From the human T2T-CHM13v2.0 reference genome, Homo sapiens, in assembly GCF_009914755.1 (NCBI RefSeq), contig NC_060937.1: a stretch of DNA of 64,000 nt; one strand, 5' to 3'. Below are positions 31,568 through 49,500 of this stretch, in pieces; within the stretch, counting starts at the first letter, position 1, and each line of letters opens with the position of its first letter. Both the position numbers and the translations under genes were made by a program. A model generated the notes under the pieces. The model ran no database searches and was not told where the DNA came from. It saw nothing but the letters and a program-made list of their open reading frames with translations.

Positions 31568-34500
31568 GTACGCAAACATGTATTATATACTGTACATAAA
31601 ATATGAAATTACATCAAATATATATTATATTAGGTACATAAAATATGAAAGTACATCAAATATACATTATATAATGTACATAAAATACCAAAGTACCCCA
31701 AATATATATTATATACTGTACATGAAATATCAAAGTTCACAAACTATATATTATATACTGTACATAAAATATCAAAGTACCGAAGGGATATATTCTATAA
31801 TGTACAAAAAATATCAAAGTACCCAAAGCATGTATTATATACTGTACATAAAATATGAAAGTACATGAAATATATATTTTATTCTGTACATAAAATATCA
31901 AAGTACACCAAATATATATTCTATAGTGTACATAAAATATCAAAGTACCCAGACTATACATTATATACTGTACATAAAACATGAAATTACATCCAATATA
32001 TATTATATTTGGTACATAAAATATGAAAGTACATCAAATATAAATTATATACTGTACATAAAATACCAAAGTACCCCAAATATATATTATATACTGTACA
32101 TGAAATATCAAAGTTCACAAACTATATATTATATACTGTACATAAAATATCAAAGTACCCAAGGTATATATTCTATACTGTACAAAAAATATCAAAGTTC
32201 CCAAAGCATGTATTATATACTGTTAATAAAATATGAAAGTACATCAAATATATATTTAATTCTGTACATAAAATATCAAAGTACACCAAATATATATTCT
32301 ATAGTGTACATAAAATATCAAAGTACCCAAACTATACATTATATACTGTACATAAAATATGAAATTACATCAAATATATATTATATTAGGTACATAAAAT
32401 ATGAAAGTACATCAAATATATATTATATACTGTACATAAAATACCAAAGTACCCCAAATACATATTATATACTGTACATGAAATATCAAAGTTCACAAAC
32501 TATATATTGTATACTGTACATAAAATATCAAAGTACCGAAGGGATATATTCTATACTGTACAAAAAATATCAAAGTACCCAAAGCATGTATTATATACTG
32601 TACATAAAATATGAAAGTACATGAAATATATATTTTATTCTGTACATAAAATATCAAAGTACACCAAATATATATTCTATAGTGTACATAAAATATCAAA
32701 GTACCCAGACTATACATTATATACTGTACATAAAACATGAAATTACATCCAATATATATTATATTAGGTACATAAAATATGAAAGTACATCAAATATAAA
32801 TTATATACTGTACATAAAATACCAAAGTACCCCAAATATATATTATATACTGTACATGAAATATCAAAGTTCACAAACTATATATTATATACTGTACATA
32901 AAATATCAAAGTACCCAAGGTATATATTCTATACTGTACAAAAAATATCAAAGTACCCAAAGCATGTATTATGTAGTGTATATAAAATATGAAAGTACAT
33001 CAAATATATATTTAATTCTGTACATAAAATATCAAAGTACACCAAATATATATTCTATACTGTACATAAAATATCAAAGTACCCAAACTATACATTATAT
33101 ACTGTACATAAAATATGAAATTACATCAAATATATATTATATTAGGTACATAAAATATGAAAGTACATCAAATATAGATTATACACTGTACATAAAATAC
33201 CAAAGAACCCCAAATATATATTATATACTGTACATGAAATATCAAAGTTCACAAACTATATATTATATACTGTACATAAAATATCAAAGTACCCAAGGTA
33301 TATATTCTATACTGTACAAAAAATATCAAAGTACCCAAAGCATGTATTATATAGTGTATATAAAATATGAAAGTACATCAAATATATATTTAATTCTGTA
33401 CATAAAATATCAAAGTACACCAAATATATATTCTATACTGTACATAAAATATCAAAGTACCCAAACTATACATTATATACTGTACATAAAATATGAAATT
33501 ACATCAAATATATATTATATTAGGTACATAAAATATGAAAGTACATCAAATATAGATTATACACTGTACATAAAATACCAAAGAACCCCAAATATATATT
33601 ATATACTGTACATGAAATATCAAAGTTCACAAACTATATATTATATAATGTACATAAAATATCAAAGTACCCAAGGTATATATTCTATACTGTACAAAAA
33701 ATATCAAAGTACGCAAACATGTATTATATACTGTACATAAAATATGAAATTACATCAAATATATATTATATTAGGTACATAAAATATGAAAGTACATCAA
33801 ATATACATTATATAATGTACATAAAATACCAAAGTACCCCAAATATATATTATATACTGTACATGAAATATCAAAGTTCACAAACTATATATTATATACT
33901 GTACATAAAATATCAAAGTACCAAAGGGATATATTCTATAATGTACAAAAAATATCAAAGTACCCAAAGCATGTATTATATACTGTACATAAAATATGAA
34001 AGTACATGAAATATATATTTTATTCTGTACATAAAATATCAAAGTACACCAAATATATATTCTATAGTGTACATAAAATATCAAAGTACCCAGACTATAC
34101 ATTATATACTGTACATAAAACATGAAATTACATCCAATATATATTATATTTGGTACATAAAATATGAAAGTACATCAAATATAAATTATATACTGTACAT
34201 AAAATACCAAAGTACCCCAAATATATATTATATACTGTACATGAAATATCAAAGTTCACAAACTATATATTATATACTGTACATAAAATATCAAAGTACC
34301 CAAGGTATATATTCTATACTGTACAAAAAATATCAAAGTTCCCAAAGCATGTATTATATACTGTTAATAAAATATGAAAGTACATCAAATATATATTTAA
34401 TTCTGTACATAAAATATCAAAGTACACCAAATATATATTCTATAGTGTACATAAAATATCAAAGTACCCAAACTATACATTATATACTGTACATAAAATA

Positions 34501-37500
34501 TGAAATTACATCAAATATATATTTTATTAGGTACATAAAATATGAAAGTACATCAAATATATATTATATACTGTACATAAAATACCAAAGTACCCCAAAT
34601 ACATATTATATACTGTACATGAAATATCAAAGTTCACAAACTATATATTGTATACTGTACATAAAATATCAAAGTACCGAAGGGATATATTCTATACTGT
34701 ACAAAAAATATCAAAGTACCCAAAGCATGTATTATATACTGTACATAAAATATGAAAGTACATGAAATATATATTTTATTCTGTACATAAAATATCAAAG
34801 TACACCAAATATATATTCTATAGTGTACATAAAATATCAAAGTACCCAGACTATACATTATATACTGTACATAAAACATGAAATTACATCCAATATATAT
34901 TATATTAGGTACATAAAATATGAAAGTACATCAAATATAAATTATATACTGTACATAAAATACCAAAGTACCCCAAATATATATTATATACTGTACATGA
35001 AATATCAAAGTTCACAAACTATATATTATATACTGTACATAAAATATCAAAGTACCCAAGGTATATATTCTATACTGTACAAAAAATATCAAAGTACCCA
35101 AAGCATGTATTATATAGTGTATATAAAATATGAAAGTACATCAAATATATATTTAATTCTGTACATAAAATATCAAAGTACACCAAATATATATTCTATA
35201 GTGTACATAAAATATCAAAGTACCCAAACTATACATTATATACTGTACATAAAATATGAAATTACATCAAATATATATTATATTAGGTACATAAAATATG
35301 AAAGTACATCAAATATATATTATATACTGTACATAAAATACCAAAGTACCCCAAATACATATTATATACTGTACATGAAATATCAAAGTTCACAAACTAT
35401 ATATTGTATACTGTACATAAAATATCAAAGTACCGAAGGGATATATTCTATACTGTACAAAAAATATCAAAGTACCCAAAGCATGTATTATATACTGTAC
35501 ATAAAATATGAAAGTACATGAAATATATATTTTATTCTGTACATAAAATATCAAAGTACACCAAATATATATTCTATAGTGTACATAAAATATCAAAGTA
35601 CCCAGACTATACATTATATACTGTACATAAAACATGAAATTACATCCAATATATATTATATTAGGTACATAAAATATGAAAGTACATCAAATATAAATTA
35701 TATACTGTACATAAAATACCAAAGTACCCCAAATATATATTATATACTGTACATGAAATATCAAAGTTCACAAACTATATATTATATACTGTACATAAAA
35801 TATCAAAGTACCCAAGGTATATATTCTATACTGTACAAAAAATATCAAAGTACCCAAAGCATGTATTATGTAGTGTATATAAAATATGAAAGTACATCAA
35901 ATATATATTTAATTCTGTACATAAAATATCAAAGTACACCAAATATATATTCTATACTGTACATAAAATATCAAAGTACCCAAACTATACATTATATACT
36001 GTACATAAAATATGAAATTACATCAAATATATATTATATTAGGTACATAAAATATGAAAGTACATCAAATATAGATTATACACTGTACATAAAATACCAA
36101 AGAACCCCAAATATATATTATATACTGTACATGAAATATCAAAGTTCACAAACTATATATTATATACTGTACATAAAATATCAAAGTACCCAAGGTATAT
36201 ATTCTATACTGTACAAAAAATATCAAAGTACCCAAAGCATGTATTATATAGTGTATATAAAATATGAAAGTACATCAAATATATATTTAATTCTGTACAT
36301 AAAATATCAAAGTACACCAAATATATATTCTATACTGTACATAAAATATCAAAGTACCCAAACTATACATTATATACTGTACATAAAATATGAAATTACA
36401 TCAAATATATATTATATTAGGTACATAAAATATGAAAGTACATCAAATATAGATTATACACTGTACATAAAATACCAAAGAACCCCAAATATATATTATA
36501 TACTGTACATGAAATATCAAAGTTCACAAACTATATATTATATAATGTACATAAAATATCAAAGTACCCAAGGTATATATTCTATACTGTACAAAAAATA
36601 TCAAAGTACGCAAACATGTATTATATACTGTACATAAAATATGAAATTACATCAAATATATATTATATTAGGTACATAAAATATGAAAGTACATCAAATA
36701 TACATTATATAATGTACATAAAATACCAAAGTACCCCAAATATATATTATATACTGTACATGAAATATCAAAGTTCACAAACTATATATTATATACTGTA
36801 CATAAAATATCAAAGTACCGAAGGGATATATTCTATAATGTACAAAAAATATCAAAGTACCCAAAGCATGTATTATATACTGTACATAAAATATGAAAGT
36901 ACATGAAATATATATTTTATTCTGTACATAAAATATCAAAGTACACCAAATATATATTCTATAGTGTACATAAAATATCAAAGTACCCAGACTATACATT
37001 ATATACTGTACATAAAACATGAAATTACATCCAATATATATTATATTTGGTACATAAAATATGAAAGTACATCAAATATAAATTATATACTGTACATAAA
37101 ATACCAAAGTACCCCAAATATATATTATATACTGTACATGAAATATCAAAGTTCACAAACTATATATTATATACTGTACATAAAATATCAAAGTACCCAA
37201 GGTATATATTCTATACTGTACAAAAAATATCAAAGTTCCCAAAGCATGTATTATATACTGTTAATAAAATATGAAAGTACATCAAATATATATTTAATTC
37301 TGTACATAAAATATCAAAGTACACCAAATATATATTCTATAGTGTACATAAAATATCAAAGTACCCAAACTATACATTATATACTGTACATAAAATATGA
37401 AATTACATCAAATATATATTATATTAGGTACATAAAATATGAAAGTACATCAAATATATATTATATACTGTACATAAAATACCAAAGTACCCCAAATACA

Positions 37501-40500
37501 TATTATATACTGTACATGAAATATCAAAGTTCACAAACTATATATTGTATACTGTACATAAAATATCAAAGTACCGAAGGGATATATTCTATACTGTACA
37601 AAAAATATCAAAGTACCCAAAGCATGTATTATATACTGTACATAAAATATGAAAGTACATGAAATATATATTTTATTCTGTACATAAAATATCAAAGTAC
37701 ACCAAATATATATTCTATAGTGTACATAAAATATCAAAGTACCCAGACTATACATTATATACTGTACATAAAACATGAAATTACATCCAATATATATTAT
37801 ATTAGGTACATAAAATATGAAAGTACATCAAATATAAATTATATACTGTACATAAAATACCAAAGTACCCCAAATATATATTATATACTGTACATGAAAT
37901 ATCAAAGTTCACAAACTATATATTATATACTGTACATAAAATATCAAAGTACCCAAGGTATATATTCTATACTGTACAAAAAATATCAAAGTACCCAAAG
38001 CATGTATTATATAGTGTATATAAAATATGAAAGTACATCAAATATATATTTAATTCTGTACATAAAATATCAAAGTACACCAAATATATATTCTATAGTG
38101 TACATTAAATATCAAACTACCCAAACTATACATTATATACTGTACATAAAATATGAAATTACATCAAATATATATTATATTAGGTACATAAAATATGAAA
38201 GTACATCAAATATAGATTATACACTGTACATAAAATACCAAAGAACCCCAAATATATATTATATACTGTACATGAAATATCAAAGTTCACAAACTATATA
38301 TTATATACTGTACATAAAATATCAAAGTACCCAAGGTATATATTCTATACTGTACAAAAAATATCAAAGTACCCAAAGCATGTATTATATAGTGTATATA
38401 AAATATGAAAGTACATCAAATATATATTTAATTCTGTACATAAAATATCAAAGTACACCAAATATATATTCTATACTGTACATAAAATATCAAAGTACCC
38501 AAACTATACATTATATACTGTACATAAAATATGAAATTACATCAAATATATATTATATTAGGTACATAAAATATGAAAGTACATCAAATATAGATTATAC
38601 ACTGTACATAAAATACCAAAGAACCCCAAATATATATTATATACTGTACATGAAATATCAAAGTTCACAAACTATATATTATATACTGTACATAAAATAT
38701 CAAAGTACCCAAGGTATATATTCTATACTGTACAAAAAATATCAAAGTTCCCAAAGCATGTATTATATACTGTTAATACAATATGAAAGTACATCAAATA
38801 TATATTTAATTCTGTACATAAAATATCAAAGTACACCAAATATATATTCTATAGTGTACATAAAATATCAAAGTACCCAAACTATACATTATATACTGTA
38901 CATAAAATATGAAATTACATCAAATATATATTATATTAGGTACATAAAATATGAAAGTACATCAAATATAGATTATACACTGTACATAAAATACCAAAGA
39001 ACCCCAAATATATATTATATACTGTACATGAAATATCAAAGTTCACAAACTATATATTATATAATGTACATAAAATATCAAAGTACCCAAGGTATATATT
39101 CTATACTGTACAAAAAATATCAAAGTACGCAAACATGTATTATATACTGTACATAAAATATGAAATTACATCAAATATATATTATATTAGGTACATAAAA
39201 TATGAAAGTACATCAAATATACATTATATAATGTACATAAAATACCAAAGTACCCCAAATATATATTATATACTGTACATGAAATATCAAAGTTCACAAA
39301 CTATATATTATATACTGTACATAAAATATGAAAGTACCGAAGGGATATATTCTATAATGTACAAAAAATATCAAAGTACCCAAAGCATGTATTATATACT
39401 GTACATAAAATATGAAAGTACATGAAATATATATTTTATTCTGTACATAAAATATCAAAGTACACCAAATATATATTCTATAGTGTACATAAAATATCAA
39501 AGTACCCAGACTATACATTATATACTGTACATAAAACATGAAATTACATCCAATATATATTATATTTGGTACATAAAATATGAAAGTACATCAAATATAA
39601 ATTATATACTGTACATAAAATACCAAAGTACCCCAAATATATATTATATACTGTACATGAAATATCAAAGTTCACAAACTATATATTATATACTGTACAT
39701 AAAATATCAAAGTACCCAAGGTATATATTCTATACTGTACAAAAAATATCAAAGTTCCCAAAGCATGTATTATATACTGTTAATAAAATATGAAAGTACA
39801 TCAAATATATATTTAATTCTGTACATAAAATATCAAAGTACACCAAATATATATTCTATAGTGTACATAAAATATCAAAGTACCCAAACTATACATTATA
39901 TACTGTACATAAAATATGAAATTACATCAAATATATATTATATTAGGTACATAAAATATGAAAGTACATCAAATATATATTATATACTGTACATAAAATA
40001 CCAAAGTACCCCAAATACATATTATATACTGTACATGAAATATCAAAGTTCACAAACTATATATTATATACTGTACATAAAATATCAAAGTACCGAAGGG
40101 ATATATTCTATACTGTACAAAAAATATCAAAGTACCCAAAGCATGTATTATATACTGTACATAAAATATGAAAGTACATGAAATATATATTTTATTCTGT
40201 ACATAAAATATCAAAGTACACCAAATATATATTCTATAGTGTACATAAAATATCAAAGTACCCAGACTATACATTATATACTGTACATAAAACATGAAAT
40301 TACATCCAATATATATTATATTAGGTACATAAAATATGAAAGTACATCAAATATAAATTATATACTGTACATAAAATACCAAAGTACCCCAAATATATAT
40401 TATATACTGTACATGAAATATCAAAGTTCACAAACTATATATTATATACTGTACATAAAATATCAAAGTACCCAAGGTATATATTCTATACTGTACAAAA

Positions 40501-43500
40501 AATATGAAAGTACCCAAAGCATGTATTATATAGTGTATATAAAATATGAAAGTACATCAAATATATATTTAATTCTGTACATAAAATATCAAAGTACACC
40601 AAATATATATTCTATAGTGTACATTAAATATCAAACTACCCAAACTATACATTATATACTGTACATAAAATATGAAATTACATCAAATATATATTATATT
40701 AGGTACATAAAATATGAAAGTACATCAAATATAGATTATACACTGTACATAAAATACCAAAGAACCCCAAATATATATTATATACTGTACATGAAATATC
40801 AAAGTTCACAAACTATATATTATATACTGTACATAAAATATCAAAGTACCCAAGGTATATATTCTATACTGTACAAAAAATATCAAAGTACCCAAAGCAT
40901 GTATTATATAGTGTATATAAAATATGAAAGTACATCAAATATATATTTAATTCTGTACATAAAATATCAAAGTACACCAAATATATATTCTATACTGTAC
41001 ATAAAATATCAAAGTACCCAAACTATACATTATATACTGTACATAAAATATGAAATTACATCAAATATATATTATATTAGGTACATAAAATATGAAAGTA
41101 CATCAAATATAGATTATACACTGTACATAAAATACCAAAGAACCCCAAATATATATTATATACTGTACATGAAATATCAAAGTTCACAAACTATATATTA
41201 TATACTGTACATAAAATATCAAAGTACCCAAGGTATATATTCTATACTGTACAAAAAATATCAAAGTTCCCAAAGCATGTATTATATACTGTTAATAAAA
41301 TATGAAAGTACATCAAATATATATTTAATTCTGTACATAAAATATCAAAGTACACCAAATATATATTCTATAGTGTACATAAAATATCAAAGTACCCAAA
41401 CTATACATTATATACTGTACATAAAATATGAAATTACATCAAATATATATTATATTAGGTACATAAAATATGAAAGTACATCAAATATAGATTATATACT
41501 GTACATAAAATACCAAAGTACCCCAAATACATATTATATACTGTACATGAAATATCAAAGTTCACAAACTATATATTGTATACTGTACATAAAATATCAA
41601 AGTACCGAAGGGATATATTCTATACTGTACAAAAAATATCAAAGTACCCAAAGCATGTATTATATACTGTACATAAAATATGAAAGTACATGAAATATAT
41701 ATTTTATTCTGTACATAAAATATCAAAGTACACCAAATATATATTCTATAGTGTACATAAAATATCAAAGTACCCAGACTATACATTATATACTGTACAT
41801 AAAACATGAAATTACATCCAATATATATTATATTAGGTACATAAAATATGAAAGTACATCAAATATAAATTATATACTGTACATAAAATACCAAAGAACC
41901 CCAAATATATATTATATACTGTACATGAAATATCAAAGTTCACAAACTATATATTATATACTGTACATAAAATATCAAAGTACCCAAGGTATATATTCTA
42001 TACTGTACAAAAAATATCAAAGTACCCAAAGCATGTATTATATAGTGTATATAAAATATGAAAGTACATCAAATATATATTTAATTCTGTACATAAAATA
42101 TCAAAGTACACCAAATATATATTCTATACTGTACATAAAATATCAAAGTACCCAAACTATACATTATATACTGTACATAAAATATGAAATTACATCAAAT
42201 ATATATTATATTAGGTACATAAAATATGAAAGTACATCAAATATAGATTATACACTGTACATAAAATACCAAAGAACCCCAAATATATATTATATACTGT
42301 ACATGAAATATCAAAGTTCACAAACTATATATTATATAATGTACATAAAATATCAAAGTACCCAAGGTATATATACTATACTGTACAAAAAATATCAAAG
42401 TACGCAAACATGTATTATATACTGTACATAAAATATGAAATTACATCAAATATATATTATATTAGGTACATAAAATATAAAAGTATATCAAATATACATT
42501 ATATAATGTACATAAAATACCAAAGTACCCCAAATATATATTATATACTGTACATGAAATATCAAAGTTCACAAACTATATATTATATACTGTACATAAA
42601 ATATCAAAGTACCGAAGGGATATATTCTATAATGTACAAAAAATATCAAAGTACCCAAAGCATGTATTATATACTGTACATAAAATATGAAAGTACATGA
42701 AATATATATTTTATTCTGTACATAAAATATCAAAGTACACCAAATATATATTCTATAGTGTACATAAAATATCAAAGTACCCAGACTATACATTATATAC
42801 TGTACATAAAACATGAAATTACATCCAATATATATTATATTTGGTACATAAAATATGAAAGTACATCAAATATAAATTATATACTGTACATAAAATACCA
42901 AAGTACCCCAAATATATATTATATACTGTACATGAAATATCAAAGTTCACAAACTATATATTATATACTGTACATAAAATATCAAAGTACCCAAGGTATA
43001 TATTCTATACTGTACAAAAAATATCAAAGTTCCCAAAGCATGTATTATATACTGTTAATAAAATATGAAAGTACATCAAATATATATTTAATTCTGTACA
43101 TAAAATATCAAAGTACACCAAATATATATTCTATAGTGTACATAAAATATCAAAGTACCCAAACTATACATTATATACTGTACATAAAATATGAAATTAC
43201 ATCAAATATATATTATATTAGGTACATAAAATATGAAAGTACATCAAATATACATTATATACTGTACATAAAATACCAAAGTACCCCAAATACATATTAT
43301 ATACTGTACATGAAATATCAAAGTTCACAAACTATATATTGTATACTGTACATAAAATATCAAAGTACCGAAGGGATATATTCTATACTGTACAAAAAAT
43401 ATCAAAGTACCCAAAGCATGTATTATATACTGTACATAAAATATGAAAGTACATGAAATATATATTTTATTCTGTACATAAAATATCAAAGTACACCAAA

Positions 43501-46500
43501 TATATATTCTATAGTGTACATAAAATATCAAAGTACCCAGACTATACATTATATACTGTACATAAAACATGAAATTACATCCAATATATATTATATTAGG
43601 TACATAAAATATGAAAGTACATCAAATATAAATTATATACTGTACATAAAATACCAAAGTACCCCAAATATATATTATATACTGTACATGAAATATCAAA
43701 GTTCACAAACTATATATTATATACTGTACATAAAATATCAAAGTACCCAAGGTATATATTCTATACTGTACAAAAAATATCAAAGTACCCAAAGCATGTA
43801 TTATATAGTGTATATAAAATAGGAAAGTACATCAAATATATATTTAATTCTGTACATAAAATATCAAAGTACACCAAATATATATTCTATAGTGTACATT
43901 AAATATCAAACTACCCAAACTATACATTATATACTGTACATAAAATATGAAATTACATCAAATATATATTATATTAGGTACATAAAATATGAAAGTACAT
44001 CAAATATAGATTATACACTGTACATAAAATACCAAAGAACCCCAAATATATATTATATACTGTACATGAAATATCAAAGTTCACAAACTATATATTATAT
44101 AATGTACATAAAATATCAAAGTACCCAAGGTATATATTCTATACTGTACAAAAAATATCAAAGTACGCAAACATGTATTATATACTGTACATAAAATATG
44201 AAATTACATCAAATATATATTATATTAGGTACATAAAATATGAAAGTACATCAAATATACATTATATAATGTACATAAAATACCAAAGTACCCCAAATAT
44301 ATATTATATACTGTACATGAAATATCAAAGTTCACAAACTATATATTATATACTGTACATAAAATATCAAAGTACCGAAGGGATATATTCTATAATGTAC
44401 AAAAAATATCAAAGTACCCAAAGCATGTATTATATACTGTACATAAAATATGAAAGTACATGAAATATATATTTTATTCTGTACATAAAATATCAAAGTA
44501 CACCAAATATATATTCTATAGTGTACATAAAATATCAAAGTATCCAGACTATACATTATATACTGTACATAAAACATGAAATTACATCCAATATATATTA
44601 TATTTGGTACATAAAATATGAAAGTACATCAAATATAAATTATATACTGTACATAAAATACCAAAGTACCCCAAATATATATTATATACTGTACATGAAA
44701 TATCAAAGTTCACAAACTATATATTATATACTGTACATAAAATATCAAAGTACCCAAGGTATATATTCTATACTGTACAAAAAATATCAAAGTTCCCAAA
44801 GCATGTATTATATACTGTTAATAAAATATGAAAGTACATCAAATATATATTTAATTCTGTACATAAAATATCAAAGTACACCAAATATATATTCTATAGT
44901 GTACATAAAATATCAAAGTACCCAAACTATACATTATATACTGTACATAAAATATGAAATTACATCAAATATATATTATATTAGGTACATAAAATATGAA
45001 AGTACATCAAATATATATTATATACTGTACATAAAATACCAAAGAACCCCAAATACATATTATATACTGTACATGAAATATCAAAGTTCACAAACTATAT
45101 ATTGTATACTGTACATAAAATATCAAAGTACCGAAGGGATATATTCTATACTGTACAAAAAATATCAAAGTACCCAAAGCATGTATTATATACTGTACAT
45201 AAAATATGAAAGTACATGAAATATATATTTTATTCTGTACATAAAATATCAAAGTACACCAAATATATATTCTATAGTGTACATAAAATATCAAAGTACC
45301 CAGACTATACATTATATACTGTACATAAAACATGAAATTACATCCAATATATATTATATTAGGTACATAAAATATGAAAGTACATCAAATATAAATTATA
45401 TACTGTACATAAAATACCAAAGTACCCCAAATATATATTATATACTGTACATGAAATATCAAAGTTCACAAACTATATATTATATACTGTACATAAAATA
45501 TCAAAGTACCCAAGGTATATATTCTATACTGTACAAAAAATATCAAAGTACCCAAAGCATGTATTATATAGTGTATATAAAATATGAAAGTACATCAAAT
45601 ATATATGTAATTCTGTACATAAAATATCAAAGTACACCAAATATATATTCTATAGTGTACATTAAATATCAAACTACCCAAACTATACATTATATACTGT
45701 ACATAAAATATGAAATTACATCAAATATATATTATATTAGGTACATAAAATATGAAAGTACATCAAATATAGATTATATACTGTACATAAAATACCAAAG
45801 AACCCCAAATATATATTATATACTGTACATGAAATATCAAAGTTCACAAACTATATATTATATACTGTACATAAAATATCAAAGTACCCAAGGTATATAT
45901 TCTATACTGTACAAAAAATATCAAAGTACCCAAAGCATGTATTATATAGTGTATATAAAATATGAAAGTACATCAAATATATATTTAATTCTGTACATAA
46001 AATATCAAAGTACACCAAATATATATTCTATACTGTACATAAAATATCAAAGTACCCAAACTATACATTATATACTGTACATAAAATATGAAATTACATC
46101 AAATATATATTATATTAGGTACATAAAATATGAAAGTACATCAAATATAGATTATACACTGTACATAAAATACCAAAGAACCCCAAATCTATATTATATA
46201 CTGTACATGAAATATCAAAGTTCACAAACTATATATTATATACTGTACATAAAATATCAAAGTACCCAAGGTATATATTCTATACTGTACAAAAAATATC
46301 AAAGTTCCCAAAGCATGTATTATATACTGTTAATAAAATATGAAAGTACATCAAATATATATTTAATTCTGTACATAAAATATCAAAGTACACCAAATAT
46401 ATATTCTATAGTGTACATAAAATATCAAAGTACCCAAACTATACATTATATACTGTACATAAAATATGAAATTACATCAAATATATATTATATTAGGTAC

Positions 46501-49500
46501 ATAAAATATGAAAGTACATCAAATATATATTATATACTGTACATAAAATACCAAAGTACCCCAAATACATATTATATACTGTACATGAAATATCAAAGTT
46601 CACAAACTATATATTGTATACTGTACATAAAATATCAAAGTACCGAAGGGATATATTCTATACTGTACAAAAAATATCAAAGTACCCAAAGCATGTATTA
46701 TATACTGTACATAAAATATGAAAGTACATGAAATATATATTTTATTCTGTACATAAAATATCAAAGTACACCAAATATATATTCTATAGTGTACATAAAA
46801 TATCAAAGTACCCAGACTATACATTATATACTGTACATAAAACATGAAATTACATCCAATATATATTATATTAGGTACATAAAATATGAAAGTACATCAA
46901 ATATAAATTATATACTGTACATAAAATACCAAAGTACCCCAAATATATATTATATACTGTACATGAAATATCAAAGTTCACAAACTATATATTATATACT
47001 GTACATAAAATATCAAAGTACCCAAGGTATATATTCTATACTGTACAAAAAATATCAAAGTACCCAAAGCATGTATTATATAGTGTATATAAAATAGGAA
47101 AGTACATCAAATATATATTTAATTCTGTACATAAAATATCAAAGTACACCAAATATATATTCTATAGTGTACATTAAATATCAAACTACCCAAACTATAC
47201 ATTATATACTGTACATAAAATATGAAATTACATCAAATATATATTATATTAGGTACATAAAATATGAAAGTACATCAAATATAGATTATACACTGTACAT
47301 AAAATACCAAAGAACCCCAAATATATATTATATACTGTACATGAAATATCAAAGTTCACAAACTATATATTATATAATGTACATAAAATATCAAAGTACC
47401 CAAGGTATATATTCTATACTGTACAAAAAATATCAAAGTACGCAAACATGTATTATATACTGTACATAAAATATGAAATTACATCAAATATATATTATAT
47501 TAGGTACATAAAATATGAAAGTACATCAAATATACATTATATAATGTACATAAAATACCAAAGTACCCCAAATATATATTATATACTGTACATGAAATAT
47601 CAAAGTTCACAAACTATATATTATATACTGTACATAAAATATCAAAGTACCGAAGGGATATATTCTATAATGTACAAAAAATATCAAAGTTCCCAAAGCA
47701 TGTATTATATACTGTTAATAAAATATGAAAGTACATCAAATATATATTTAATTCTGTACATAAAATATCAAAGTACACCAAATATATATTCTATAGTGTA
47801 CATAAAATATCAAAGTACCCAAACTATACATTATATACTGTACATAAAATATGAAATTACATCAAATATATATTATATTAGGTACATAAAATATGAAAGT
47901 ACATCAAATATATATTATATACTGTACATAAAATACCAAAGTACCCCAAATACATATTATATACTGTACATGAAATATCAAAGTTCACAAACTATATATT
48001 GTATACTGTACATAAAATATCAAAGTACCGAAGGGATATATTCTATACTGTACAAAAAATATCAAAGTACCCAAAGCATGTATTATATACTGTACATAAA
48101 ATATGAAAGTACATGAAATATATATTTTATTCTGTACATAAAATATCAAAGTACACCAAATATATATTCTATAGTGTACATAAAATATCAAAATACCCAG
48201 ACTATACATTATATACTGTACATAAAACATGAAATTACATCCAATATATATTATATTAGGTACATAAAATATGAAAGTACATCAAATATAAATTATATAC
48301 TGTACATAAAATACCAAAGTACCCCAAATATATATTATATACTGTACATGAAATATCAAAGTTCACAAACTATATATTATATACTGTACATAAAATATCA
48401 AAGTACCCAAGGTATATATTCTATACTGTACAAAAAATATCAAAGTACCCAAAGCATGTATTATATAGTGTATATAAAATATGAAAGTACATCAAATATA
48501 TATTTAATTCTGTACATAAAATATCAAAGTACACCAAATATATATTCTATAGTGTACATTAAATATCAAACTACCCAAACTATACATTATATACTGTACA
48601 TAAAATATGAAATTACATCAAATATATATTATATTAGGTACATAAAATATGAAAGTACATCAAATATAGATTATATACTGTACATAAAATACCAAAGAAC
48701 CCCAAATATATATTATATACTGTACATGAAATATCAAAGTTCACAAACTATATATTATATACTGTACATAAAATATCAAAGTACCCAAGGTATATATTCT
48801 ATACTGTACAAAAAATATCAAAGTACCCAAAGCATGTATTATATAGTGTATATAAAATATGAAAGTACATCAAATATATATTTAATTCTGTACATAAAAT
48901 ATCAAAGTACACCAAATATATATTCTATACTGTACATAAAATATCAAAGTACCCAAACTATACATTATATACTGTACATAAAATATGAAATTACATCAAA
49001 TATATATTATATTAGGTACATAAAATATGAAAGTACATCAAATATAGATTATACACTGTACATAAAATACCAAAGAACCCCAAATCTATATTATATACTG
49101 TACATGAAATATCAAAGTTCACAAACTATATATTATATACTGTACATAAAATATCAAAGTACCCAAGGTATATATTCTATACTGTACAAAAAATATCAAA
49201 GTTCCCAAAGCATGTATTATATACTGTTAATAAAATATGAAAGTACATCAAATATATATTTAATTCTGTACATAAAATATCAAAGTACACCAAATATATA
49301 TTCTATAGTGTACATAAAATATCAAAGTACCCAAACTATACATTATATACTGTACATAAAATATGAAATTACATCAAATATATATTATATTAGGTACATA
49401 AAATATGAAAGTACATCAAATATATATTATATACTGTACATAAAATACCAAAGTACCCCAAATACATATTATATACTGTACATGAAATATCAAAGTTCAC

